Shown: positions 43,127 to 52,820 of the stretch, piece after piece
Layout: every line of letters starts with the position of its first letter
Position numbering within the stretch: the stretch's first letter is position 1
NCBI GenBank assembly: GCA_030867685.1
Contig: JAQOWU010000008.1
Location: 682,001-746,000, forward strand
Reading direction: 5' to 3'
From: Wickerhamiella versatilis
Lineage: Eukaryota
Length of the DNA: 64,000 nucleotides
Position numbers and translations under genes: made by a program
Notes under the pieces: model-generated
What the model was told of the DNA's origin: nothing
Databases searched by the model: none
The model's input: only the letters and a program-made list of their open reading frames with translations

Positions 43127-45286
43127 TTAACATCGCTCTAGAATGCATGATACAAGCCGCGACTGTTTGGCAAGTGCAGTCTTTAACATAAGTTCTGGTT
43201 CGGTGGTTTCCATGTAGCCTACTGCCTTTCCAACGTCGAGCGTGTTACACTTCTGAGTAGGGTCGACAGAAAAAAGGTCTTTCAGTTGTTCCAAGGTAAA
43301 TTCGTCCTTTTGTGCTACCCCTTCAAATACTGCGCCAGACAAACTTGACTTTGAGAGCTGCCGTTGCCAGATTTTCTCGTCGATGAGACCCGTACTCATC
43401 AATCGATAGATGAAAGTCGGACGTGTCTGGCCTTGCCGACGGATTCGTGCAATGGCCTGCAAATCAACTGACGGATTCCAGTCACAGTCCATCATAATGA
43501 GCCGAGATGCTCCAGTAAGGTTGAGACCTACACCACCACTTCGCACAGACAAAAGGAAAACAAATACTCTACTTCTGTCACATCTATTGAAAAGGTTAAC
43601 AGTCCCTTGACGTTTTTCTTGGGGTGTATCGCCATCAAGTCGGACCCAGGGCATTCTCATATTCGCAACCGACTGCTGGCACATGTCAAGCATTTTTGTT
43701 GAACCTGATACAACCACCACTTTTTCATCCGTCTCTTCACGAATTGAACTGATAAGCAATTCAAAAAAATTGATCTTGCCACTACTTGATCTAGTGCTAT
43801 CAATAAGTGCGCAAGAGTTTGACACTTTTCTCAATTCAGCAAGTGTGCCAAGGGCTTGCGATTGTAAATGACATGCCGATGCGAGGTTTATATTTTCCAA
43901 TATACTTTTGTACATTTGCAGTTGCTGTTTTGTGGGCCAACAGAATATGACATATTCCTTGTGATCACCTGAAAGATATTGTTCTAGCACGGAGGAGTCC
44001 CGTCGAATCATAAATTCGCCAGTCATCTCTAAAAGCTCCTCCATTCGCTCCTTTCCCAGCGATACTATTGCTCCAGAACTGTCTTTTCTATTGGCTGCAT
44101 TAATTGGCTCAGCATAAATCCGGGAAAACCTAGGAAATGTGCCCAGGCATCCCGGATTCACAAATTCAGCCAATGACCAGAATTCTCCGAGGTTATTTTG
44201 TACCGGTGTACCAGTTAGTATCACGCGACGATCCCCAACAACATCAGATATTGCTGCCGCCGCCTTAGAGTTCTGGGCCTTCATTTTATGCCCTTCATCA
44301 CAAATAACAAGATCAAAACGTGAGGAAGTAGGTTCTAGGCGGCTGGATACTTGTCTCATCCGCTCATATCCAACAACTAACACCTGATAAGTCTTGAAAT
44401 TCGTCTTAAAAAAGGTCGTACAATCTGTATCATTATTGCACACAAGCACACCGATTTTTCTTTCACCAAGCCATTTCCGAAATTCGTTTTTCCAATTGGA
44501 GAGCAGGGTGACCGGACAAACCACTAATGCATTTTTTATAAGATCCTGCCTCAGAAGAGTGTAGATAAGGGTGATAGCGACTAGTGTTTTTCCTAGACCC
44601 ATGTCATCAGCTAAAATAGCACCGTATCCATATAAATGACGTTTTCCCGTCACACAGTCGTAAAGGAAAGACGCAGCTTCAATTTGATGCTTTTGTAGTT
44701 GGGGGTAGAGTGACGGTTCGATCTTCTCTCCGTGATTATCATTTTCAACATCAGACCGTGCTGACTTCTTAGCTGCGGAGTGAAGTACTTCATTAAAACC
44801 TTTTGACGGTAATCGACTGCTGGTTTTTCTTCTTTTGACCGAAGAAGATGCAAGCTCCAAATGGCCGTGGTTATTAGGTTCTATTGTCGACATCTTCTTG
44901 GAAACTGGCGGGGATGATTTGAGAAAATCAACAAGGTCATCGGAGGTTTTTTTAGAAGAGGCTTGTGATTTAGTGGTATGAGTTTTGTTCTGAATTGGGG
45001 CGGAAACTTCAATCTCATATTGACCAGCAACAATGAGCTGACCTGGTGACACATAAGGCACATTAGCAGAAGTTAGCTTAAATCCATCACTGCTGATATT
45101 GAATCGGCCTTCAACAAGAGTTCCAATTCCATCGCCTTCCCAAGTCTTGTGCTTCTTGGTTGACTTACGTCTCCATAGCACTTCGAATTGGCTATTAACA
45201 TCGGTTACTTTGTTATCATTAGGTTCTTCCTTACATTGAGATCTCGAATTGTGACTTTGATCAACCTTTTGAGGTCTCCTGTACAT
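43127..45286 (-). CDS. RDH54: Snf2-family translocase Rdh54/Tid1 (Rad54B type)
   Basis: First ATG at 45286. Rdh54 N-terminal motif WRRKSTKKHKTWEGDG, LADDMGLGKT, DEGH, TGTPVQN and WNPSVDLQA. Confidence 0.9.
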   Translation of the reverse strand: MYRRPQKVDQSHNSRSQCKEEPNDNKVTDVNSQFEVLWRRKSTKKHKTWEGDGIGTLVEGRFNISSDGFKLTSANVPYVSPGQLIVAGQYEIEVSAPIQNKTHTTKSQASSKKTSDDLVDFLKSSPPVSKKMSTIEPNNHGHLELASSSVKRRKTSSRLPSKGFNEVLHSAAKKSARSDVENDNHGEKIEPSLYPQLQKHQIEAASFLYDCVTGKRHLYGYGAILADDMGLGKTLVAITLIYTLLRQDLIKNALVVCPVTLLSNWKNEFRKWLGERKIGVLVCNNDTDCTTFFKTNFKTYQVLVVGYERMRQVSSRLEPTSSRFDLVICDEGHKMKAQNSKAAAAISDVVGDRRVILTGTPVQNNLGEFWSLAEFVNPGCLGTFPRFSRIYAEPINAANRKDSSGAIVSLGKERMEELLEMTGEFMIRRDSSVLEQYLSGDHKEYVIFCWPTKQQLQMYKSILENINLASACHLQSQALGTLAELRKVSNSCALIDSTRSSSGKINFFELLISSIREETDEKVVVVSGSTKMLDMCQQSVANMRMPWVRLDGDTPQEKRQGTVNLFNRCDRSRVFVFLLSVRSGGVGLNLTGASRLIMMDCDWNPSVDLQAIARIRRQGQTRPTFIYRLMSTGLIDEKIWQRQLSKSSLSGAVFEGVAQKDEFTLEQLKDLFSVDPTQKCNTLDVGKAVGYMETTEPELMLKTALAKQSRLVSCILERC

Positions 45287-45414
45287 AAGTAACCCCAAGC
45301 CCACTGTTTTCGCGTCTAATGTCAGCTTACGTAACACACTCGGGAGACTATAAAAGTGAATAATTGTCAGCTGAACATTTCTTCATCAGTAGTGGTTATA
45401 CTAAAAATAAAGTA

Positions 45415-45601
45415 TGACCTCGAGGTGTCTGCTAACAAGTTAGGCTATTCGGTCTCTCTTGTGCAGTCAGTTGAGAGAAGCCTGGCACCTACGGGCATCT
45501 TTCCGTTCCAGCCTCGTAGATTAATTCCCGCTGTGTGTCCAGCTGGTGGCTAACCTGTTTTTCTTGATAGGCAGAGCCCGGGGCAACTTGGTGGTACATA
45601 A
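45415..45601 (+). ncRNA. Candidate box H/ACA snoRNA (5' end approximate)
   Basis: GC-richer self-complementary island in AT-rich intergenic DNA. Layout is hairpin, H box AGATTA (45518-45523), hairpin, ACA (45596-45598). TATAAAAG lies at 45349-45356. Confidence 0.65.
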
Positions 45602-45644
45602 TTTAAACCTCAATATTTATATTGCAGTCTAGAAGTAATAACTG

Positions 45645-45662
45645 TTTGAGTTTGAGTTTGAG
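45645..45662. repeat. (TTTGAG)3 micro-repeat in the TUF1 3' region
   Basis: Seen directly. Confidence 0.7.
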
Positions 45663-45695
45663 CTCTCTAAAGAAAAATATGTACATATGGTGATT

Positions 45696-46967
45696 TTACT
45701 CAAGCACACGTGTGATAAGACCAGTGGCAACCGTCTTACCACCCTCACGCACGTTGAAGCGCTGGTTAGGCTCAATAGCAGTTGGGTGCACGAGTTCACC
45801 AACCATTTCGGTGTTGTCACCAGGGAATACCTGGGTTGACGGGTCAACACCCTCGGGGAAGGAAAGAGTCACCGTGACATCAGCTGCAGAGATGAACATT
45901 TGTGGCCTGTAGTGGAGTCCGAATGGGCTGTGACGACCACCTTCCTCCTTGGAAAGTACGTAAAGTGAGCAAAGGAACTTGGTGTGGGGCTTGATTGTAC
46001 CTGGCTTGGCAATGACCATACCACGGCGCAGGTCCTCTCTCTTGATACCACGAAGCAGAATTCCAGCATTATCACCGGCCTGGGCGGAGTCAAGCTCCTT
46101 CTTAAACATCTCCAGACCGGTTACCACGGCCTTAAGAGGCTGCTTGTTGAAGCCTACAATTTCAATCTCTTCACCCTTCTTCAGCTGACCACGCTCAACA
46201 CGGCCAGTGGCAACAGTACCACGGCCACTAATACTAAAGCTGGCCTCGATGGGCATAAGGAATGCCTGGTCAAGATCACGTTGCGGCGTGGGAATCCACT
46301 CATCGACCGATTCAAGCAATTTATCGATACTTTGCACTCCGATTTCTGGCTTAGATCCGTCAAGAGCACAAAGAGCAGAACCCATAATCACTGGCGTGTT
46401 GTCACCGTCGAAACCATAAGTAGAAAGCAGCTCACGGATTTCCATTTCGACCAGTTCAAGCATCTCTGGGTCATCAACGGTGTCAACCTTGTTCACATAA
46501 ACAACCACTCTCTGGATACCAACCTGACGGGCCAGGAGCAAGTGCTCCCGGGTCTGAGGCATCTGGCCATCACTAGCTGCGACGACAAGGATGGCACCGT
46601 CCATACGGGCTGCACCACTGATCATGTTCTTGATGTAGTCTGCGTGACCAGGGCAGTCGACGTGAGCATAGTGGCGATTAGGCGTCTCGTACTCGAGATG
46701 GGCAGAGTTAATAGTGATACCACGAGCACGCTCTTCAGGAGCCTTATCGATGCTTGCATATTCAAGGAAGGTAGCACCACCGCTCTCAGCAAGGTGCTTC
46801 GTGATTGCAGCACTTAGGGTGGTCTTACCGTGGTCGACGTGGCCCAAACAGCCGACGTTGACATGTGGTTTAGTACGCTGAAAAGTGGCTGCATGACGAA
46901 CAAAGCATGCAGCCGGAGCAAAGAAACGTGGGCTCTTAAGAGTGACCGCACTAAGTCTGCTCAACAT
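45696..46967 (-). CDS. TUF1: Mitochondrial elongation factor Tu
   Basis: Presequence, [27 protein letters not shown] and NKVD. Confidence 0.98.
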   Translation of the reverse strand: MLSRLSAVTLKSPRFFAPAACFVRHAATFQRTKPHVNVGCLGHVDHGKTTLSAAITKHLAESGGATFLEYASIDKAPEERARGITINSAHLEYETPNRHYAHVDCPGHADYIKNMISGAARMDGAILVVAASDGQMPQTREHLLLARQVGIQRVVVYVNKVDTVDDPEMLELVEMEIRELLSTYGFDGDNTPVIMGSALCALDGSKPEIGVQSIDKLLESVDEWIPTPQRDLDQAFLMPIEASFSISGRGTVATGRVERGQLKKGEEIEIVGFNKQPLKAVVTGLEMFKKELDSAQAGDNAGILLRGIKREDLRRGMVIAKPGTIKPHTKFLCSLYVLSKEEGGRHSPFGLHYRPQMFISAADVTVTLSFPEGVDPSTQVFPGDNTEMVGELVHPTAIEPNQRFNVREGGKTVATGLITRVLE

Positions 46968-47127
46968 GATCGGAGGTAGTGAAAAACTGGATTAACAAAT
47001 CAGACGTGTCAAATAACCCTAGCCCGGATCTCCCACTACACACCACGGACCCGTCCATCTGAAAGGTACAACGTCAAATTTTATTGCTTTCTACTCCACT
47101 CTATCAATATATATCCTATTTCTTTTC

Positions 47128-47394
47128 ATGCATCATGACGCCTTACAAGACGAGATCGATAACATTGATTCCTACCGAGACATGATATTACGTTGGAAGC
47201 AGCTGGAGATTAACACTGCGGAGATAGTAACACTAGAGGGTGAGCTAATTAGAGTGGTTTTGAATTCTGACGGCTGGAATGTCGGCAATGACACTTACCC
47301 CACAGTTGAGGCCATGCTGCATTCACGTTCCCCAAAGTTCACCGAGGAATGGAACAAGCAACTTTACGAGAAGCTCAGTTCATTGAGAAGATGA
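47128..47394 (+). CDS. GSKIP/DUF727-domain small protein
   Basis: IVTLEG...VVLNSDGW...YPTVEAMLHSRSPKF...W...LYEKL resembles the GSKIP domain pattern. Confidence 0.7.
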   Translation: MHHDALQDEIDNIDSYRDMILRWKQLEINTAEIVTLEGELIRVVLNSDGWNVGNDTYPTVEAMLHSRSPKFTEEWNKQLYEKLSSLRR

Positions 47395-48015
47395 CTTTTG
47401 GTCGTGATGGTTACTCTCTGTGACGAACCCAAGATCCCGTTCCCAGCTTTTGGAAGCTTCCTGCTTTGCCTCCTTAATTTGGTCCTCTTTGGACTTCTTC
47501 GGTCCCACGGATAGTAGGACTGTAGCCAAAAGCAATGCTACGGTAAGACCTTGGGCATAGACACGAGCTTGCACCACTTTTTGTGCTTTCGTCATGTACT
47601 TGTCCCGGTTAACCAGGTAGAAAGAACCAGCCATGGAAGCTGCCCATCCACCTACGACGAATTTATACTTATGTTCCCCCAAAAAGTTCGAGAGACTATC
47701 CCAAGATTGCGCCGCAGGATCTGCCTCTGGCTTCTTTTCGGATCCATCAACGAATTGCATTTCCCGTTGACGTGTCTCAAATCTCCGGGACTCGACCTCT
47801 GCAAATGTGATACCAACAAAAGCAGGTGGCGAGACATATACAAGGTTGCGAACAAGGCCACTACTCTTCGCTCCTACCAATGCACTGCCCATACGGCGCC
47901 TGAGATAGAAATATGCCCCTAACGAACCTATAGCACCAATTGCAACACCCTTCAATCCTCCGTAAATCAGTGCCTTGGAATATTCCTCCACTTCTCTCTG
48001 GTTTGTGATCTTCAT
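47380..48015 (-). CDS. RCF2: Respiratory supercomplex factor Rcf2 (HIG1 family)
   Basis: HKYKFVVGGWAASMAGS and MTKAQKVVQARVYAQGLT, with an N-terminal TM pair. Confidence 0.93.
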   Translation of the reverse strand: MKITNQREVEEYSKALIYGGLKGVAIGAIGSLGAYFYLRRRMGSALVGAKSSGLVRNLVYVSPPAFVGITFAEVESRRFETRQREMQFVDGSEKKPEADPAAQSWDSLSNFLGEHKYKFVVGGWAASMAGSFYLVNRDKYMTKAQKVVQARVYAQGLTVALLLATVLLSVGPKKSKEDQIKEAKQEASKSWERDLGFVTESNHHDQKSSSQ

Positions 48016-48491
48016 TATACACTTACAACAGCAGAAATCGGAACCCGCTTATATATATATCCGATAAACGTGTATTATCTAATTAAAGAAATGTGTCACA
48101 AAAAATGTTGATGGTACTTTTCATTATGGCACCAACGAATTAAAGGCTTTTACAGAGCTCTAAGTGCACTAACTTAAAGCTTAAATTCCAGTTTCTTTTA
48201 CTCGGCTATATATATTTACTGCAATAACGATGGTGGCAATTAGAGATCGAGCGTTCCCCCAATTTGAACTCTATAAGAAGTATTAGCTGCCATGTCTGAT
48301 CTTTCCAGGCATCAGACTTTGTATGCAGCACTATTTCCCCAACAATTGTGATATTTTTGAGTGCAATGTATCTAGATTAATGCGTTGTTCTATTGGTGAT
48401 ATATAGATATCATGAGCTTTCGCTTGTGTTCTTCATAGAAAGATTAAAATCACGATTAAATCGTATAATCATTGGTCATAAGATATCCCGA

Positions 48492-49691
48492 CTAGTATAA
48501 TAATGCTTGATCTTCATCATAAGTCACTGCCATTTCTTCATTAGGCATTTGATCCAAGGGTTGTTCTTTGGTTTTAGGATATTTGGGGTCAATGAGCTTT
48601 TCAGTGAATGACTCTGGATCGAAGTAGCTGCTCACAGGCACATCGTTCCCAGAATCGTCTGCTGCTTTAGGTGTGGCATCATCTTCTTCAATTTCTGGCT
48701 CTTCCGGATCAATCACATCCTGAACATGTTGGACAACTTTTCCATCGCGAATCTCGACACTTACCACTTTCTTTCCCCTTCCATTACGGGCCTTGCGAAG
48801 CTCCTGCTGGTACCTCAGCTGACGTTGCTGTCGATGGAGCTGTTCAGCCTGCTCTTTGGGAGTTGCCCACAAACTCACTCCTTGGTCGGGTGTTTCGAAG
48901 TCTGCCACCTGATCTATGATACGAGTACGCGATGCTCCTGTGTCCTGGAAACCTAAAAGTTTCTCAAGATTGTTTTTGGCTTGATTCGCCCTATTGCTCA
49001 ATTCAGAACTTTCCACCTTGATTGAGGGATCGAGGCCCGCTGCCTCCAGCGCTTTCCGGCCCATCGTGGACGCAATATCGCCGCGATGTTCGTGTAACAC
49101 ACTATAAATTTGATCCACAGTTTTAGTATCCACCAATGGCTCCTTACAAGTAAAACAGGGACCAATCCCCTCTTTGTTACACACTATACGTCCGCAATGA
49201 AGACAATTAGGGGCGAGATCGAGTAGACCGTGTCTTGAGCCCATGCAGGTACATGGCTGACGTTCACCGCTTACCTCGAGTTTCCTGATAGCAGCGTCTA
49301 AATCCTTTATGGAGTCGACCTTATCCTGTGTCGTGAAATTCACTCTTTTTGGCTTCGAGGGCGGTTGTGCATCTGCTTTCGCTTGGGCCTGAGCTTGGGC
49401 CTGGAAACCTGGCAATGGCAGCCCGTAAGGCTGATTAGAACCCTTTTTGGAGATTCCATGCAATTCTTTGGATCGTGACGCTGCTGGAAGGTTTTTAGCA
49501 GCCGGTGATGACGAACGAGGGCGAACTCGCTTTGATATATATCTATTGATAGCGGATGGCTCATCTATTATAGCAGATAAAAAATCTCTGGCTTCCTCAT
49601 CAGACTTTTCATTAGCCATTTTCACCATAGACTGCGCTGTTACGCTGTCATACCCATCTTTTTCGAGCCGTGTAGCCAATTCTTTTGACAT
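48492..49691 (-). CDS. RQT4: RQT complex subunit Rqt4 (ASC-1/TRIP4 zf-C2HC5)
   Basis: CTCMGSRHGLLDLAPNCLHCGRIVCNKEGIGPCFTC and LLGFQ...RTRIIDQVADF. Confidence 0.9.
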   Translation of the reverse strand: MSKELATRLEKDGYDSVTAQSMVKMANEKSDEEARDFLSAIIDEPSAINRYISKRVRPRSSSPAAKNLPAASRSKELHGISKKGSNQPYGLPLPGFQAQAQAQAKADAQPPSKPKRVNFTTQDKVDSIKDLDAAIRKLEVSGERQPCTCMGSRHGLLDLAPNCLHCGRIVCNKEGIGPCFTCKEPLVDTKTVDQIYSVLHEHRGDIASTMGRKALEAAGLDPSIKVESSELSNRANQAKNNLEKLLGFQDTGASRTRIIDQVADFETPDQGVSLWATPKEQAEQLHRQQRQLRYQQELRKARNGRGKKVVSVEIRDGKVVQHVQDVIDPEEPEIEEDDATPKAADDSGNDVPVSSYFDPESFTEKLIDPKYPKTKEQPLDQMPNEEMAVTYDEDQALLY

Positions 49692-49740
49692 AAGGGAGCC
49701 CGTCTGCCAAAGATGATATAAGCAGAATTATCGTTCTTAT

Positions 49741-50725
49741 ATGAAGGACGATGATGATGCGGCGATGATGAATGAGATCGCTAAACTAGCAGGCCGTATT
49801 AATACTTACCGTCAGAGAGGTAGATCGAGTGCTCCATCACGCGGTCCCTATAATTTGCGAAGCCGTCGTGGTACATATAGCAGGGCTCGTGCTCCCTTTG
49901 GCCGTGGAATGCGTGGTGGTCGACCATATTCGCGGGGCAACTTCAAAAGTGCTACCAATGCGACCATCAATCGGCCATGCAGCCACTTTACGCGAACAGG
50001 TAAGTCATCTCAGTAACAATGACAGAACTTTTAGAAACTAACCCGCCCAAGGAACTTGTAGCGCCGGCCTCTCTTGCCGGTACCAGCATGATTCTGACCA
50101 TGTTGCAATCTGTGAGTCGAGTTTGCATGGTGCGTGTAAGAATCCACTTTGTACGTTGAATCACACGCCTCGACCAGAGAATGCGCCAATGTGTGTGCAT
50201 TTTTCACGTGGTCATTGCACTCGTGAGAACTGCCCTTATACGCATATGGATTCATTGTCAGATGATGCTTCTGTTTGCCCTGATTTTGCTGTTCTGGGAT
50301 GGTGTGATAATGGTTCAAAATGCAAGAATCTCCACGTGAATGAATGTCCAGATTTTAATCGAACTGGGACGTGTCCCCGAGGAACGAGCTGTAAAATGCC
50401 ACACTTTAGACGAGCTCGGAAGGCTATTGCTACCAAGGAAGAGACTAATTCCAAAGCGCCTAAGCCCACGACGAAACAGCACTTCAATATATCAGAAATT
50501 CTTGGTTCACTTGAGAACCCCGAATCTTCAAAAAATACCGAATCCTTGCCCCACTTAGAAAGGCAGGATGAGCATGAAAACGTAGAAAAGACTGAGGAAA
50601 ACAGAGATAAAGAAAAGGATCAAAATGCAACAGAGCAAAATGCAACAGAGCAAATTGGTAACTTTTTTGATAATGCATCCACTAGTGGAGGTGATGGTAA
50701 TGATGACTTCATTAAATTAGAATAA
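49741..50725 (+). CDS. Five-CCCH zinc-finger protein, ZC3H3/Red5 type; 2 exons: 49741-49999 and 50052-50725, 310 aa
   Basis: The 52-nt intron 50000-50051 (GTAAGT...ACTAAC...AAG) joins two track ORFs in frame and completes finger 1 (CSHFTRTGTCSAGLSCRYQH). Confidence 0.85.
50621..50654 (+). repeat. 15-bp coding tandem duplication (QNATE x2)
   Basis: CAAAATGCAACAGAG repeated exactly twice, plus CAAA. Confidence 0.85.
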
Positions 50726-50929
50726 AGAGGTAGAAACAAAAATATTATCCTTCAGCTGAAACAAAGAGCTATATAGAAAATTTCTATGCCGTGGGATTTC
50801 TAGATATGATCAGGTTTTGCCCCACCACTTGGCGCGCTGCCAAATCTAAATATCACGTTATTGGTTAACCGATACGGCCATTCGTGCAATATAATAGGGC
50901 AGTTATATACAAATTTATTACTGTGCTCA

Positions 50930-51442
50930 TTAGCGGCGTGCCCGTTGCTGTCTCCGAACAAAACTATCAAGGTCGCCCGAGTCATATTTCTTAGAACCCC
51001 TGACGAAATAGTATTTCTCTTTGGGCCACCTCATAGCGGGTACGCGGAGTATCTCTATGCGCTCAATATGAGGATTGAAAATGTGAAATCTGTTTTCTAC
51101 ACCCACTCCACCAATCTTTGTACGTAGCAAAATAGTAGATGCGACGTGATTCCGGTTCAGCGCCAATAACATACCAACAAAGGTACTCTTGTCTTTTTTC
51201 ACCACACGAAGAATATCCCCAGCTTTAGGGCAAGTCATTTTCGACCTGTCAAATAATGCTCGCTTGGCACCCGTTGGATCGTACTTTTCGAAAAGCTTCT
51301 TCTCGGCTACGTCGAGCGCACTGGAATCCTTAGGAATACGCCGAGGCGTCTGCTTGTAGACGGGAATAACATTTAATTTCCTGGTCGGGACAATGTAGTT
51401 GCGGATCTGGCCCTGCAAACTGATCCAACTCTTTCGGAGCAT
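50930..51442 (-). CDS. IMG1: Mitochondrial ribosomal protein bL19m (Img1)
   Basis: KYDPTG...LF, KAGDILRV...FVG, LRTKIGGVGVE and YYFVRG...DSGDL. Confidence 0.9.
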   Translation of the reverse strand: MLRKSWISLQGQIRNYIVPTRKLNVIPVYKQTPRRIPKDSSALDVAEKKLFEKYDPTGAKRALFDRSKMTCPKAGDILRVVKKDKSTFVGMLLALNRNHVASTILLRTKIGGVGVENRFHIFNPHIERIEILRVPAMRWPKEKYYFVRGSKKYDSGDLDSFVRRQQRARR

Positions 51443-51479
51443 AAGGTCACGCTTACCTCAGCGAATAGGTTGAAGGAGG

Positions 51480-52598
51480 ATGTCAACTTCTGCGAATAAG
51501 GGTGATATTAACCTGCAGATAGGCAAATTTATTGCCAAAATGAAGAGAAGACAAATATCTGGTTCCAAAGATGTTGCCTTAGCTACAGCGAGGCTGCTGG
51601 AGCGCTTTGTCTCTTCACGACGCTATACCACTGCCGATGCACTAATTCAGGCTGTGCGTGAATTAGGAGCGAAACTTGAGGCGGCCCAGCCTCTTGAGTT
51701 CACATGTGGAACCATTGTTCGTCGAATCCTAAAAAACATGCGAACCGTTGATGAGGCGGTGGCGGGGGAGTCGTCTGATAATCCTGTGCCGCTAGATTCT
51801 ACAAATAGCTCTATGTTTGGCCTTCTCTCAGCCCCCAAGTCCACAAAGAAGGATGCGCCAGATCGAAGTACTGCTCGTGATCAAAAGGCTGCTATTATGG
51901 ATGAGATTCAAGGCCTTATTGATGAAATAAATAATGATGACCCACTATTCAAAGTGGGCGCGGATATGATAACAGACAACGACTCTCTTCTTGTGCCGTG
52001 TCCAATGAGCCGTACTATGCTCGAGTTCTTGCTAAAAACTGCTCATAGGCGAAGATTTTCAGTTATTGTTACGGAGTGCTATCCAAATTTTAATAAAGCA
52101 GCAGAGCATTTTGCCGAAACCTTGAAACGAGCTGGGATTCCAGTAACCATCATTGCTGATAGCATGGTATATGCCATTATGAGCAAAGTTTCCAAAGTAA
52201 TCATTTCTAGCAAAGCCATTCTGGCTAATGGCGGTTGTATAACTGCGTCTGGCATGGTACTTCCTTGCTTGGCTGCCCGGCAGTTTGCAAGGCCTGTACT
52301 TGCTATTGCAGCTACATACAAATTGTCACCCGTTTACCCTTATGATATTGAAAGTTTGATTGAGATTGGGAACAGTGAAAAAGTGGTTGACTTTTCTGAA
52401 TCGGAGCTTGTTGACAAGTTAGAGGTTGTTAATCCCCTTTATGACTACATTTCTCCGGAACTCATGGATATCATAATCACGACTGATGGAGGCTATTCTC
52501 CAAATTTTGTGTATCGAATAGTGCTTGACAATTATAGTCCTCAAGATCAGTCCCTAGAGCACGAGGGCGGGGCTGCGCTGGGTCTTCAGGCTAGTTAG
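51480..52598 (+). CDS. GCD7: eIF2B beta subunit
   Basis: KRRQISGS..VALAT, AQPLEFTCGTIVRRIL, YKLSPVYP and NPLYDYISPE. Confidence 0.95.
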   Translation: MSTSANKGDINLQIGKFIAKMKRRQISGSKDVALATARLLERFVSSRRYTTADALIQAVRELGAKLEAAQPLEFTCGTIVRRILKNMRTVDEAVAGESSDNPVPLDSTNSSMFGLLSAPKSTKKDAPDRSTARDQKAAIMDEIQGLIDEINNDDPLFKVGADMITDNDSLLVPCPMSRTMLEFLLKTAHRRRFSVIVTECYPNFNKAAEHFAETLKRAGIPVTIIADSMVYAIMSKVSKVIISSKAILANGGCITASGMVLPCLAARQFARPVLAIAATYKLSPVYPYDIESLIEIGNSEKVVDFSESELVDKLEVVNPLYDYISPELMDIIITTDGGYSPNFVYRIVLDNYSPQDQSLEHEGGAALGLQAS

Positions 52599-52820
52599 TT
52601 GGCTGCTGGAGAGACTGATCAGAGACTATTTGTGCCTTATCAATTAAAAGTGAATCGAGTATAGAAATATTTTCGGAATTAGGCCTAGAATGCGAAATCT
52701 AGTTCATAAAGCACTGCTTCATCTCCCTTTTTTCGCCGATTTCGTCGAAGTAAAAGTTGAAATTCAATGTGATGAGCTAAGCTCACGAATCAAGTAGTGA
52801 AACTACCTAAGGGAAATGGC

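Noticed and set aside
45412-45443. Intron-like GTATGA...GCTAAC...TAG
   Set aside because: About 30 nt is too short, and there is no host ORF; it lies within the snoRNA candidate.
45984-46817. 277-aa ORF antisense to TUF1
   Set aside because: Shadow frame of a highly codon-biased gene; starts at GTG and has no recognisable motifs.
2348-49691. Apparent functional clustering (ribosome rescue MTRFR-like/VMS1/RQT4; AP-1 cofactors LAA1/IRC6; RSC6/RSC9)
   Set aside because: The genes are dispersed among unrelated ones, and such pairs are expected among ~40 housekeeping genes; not a gene cluster.
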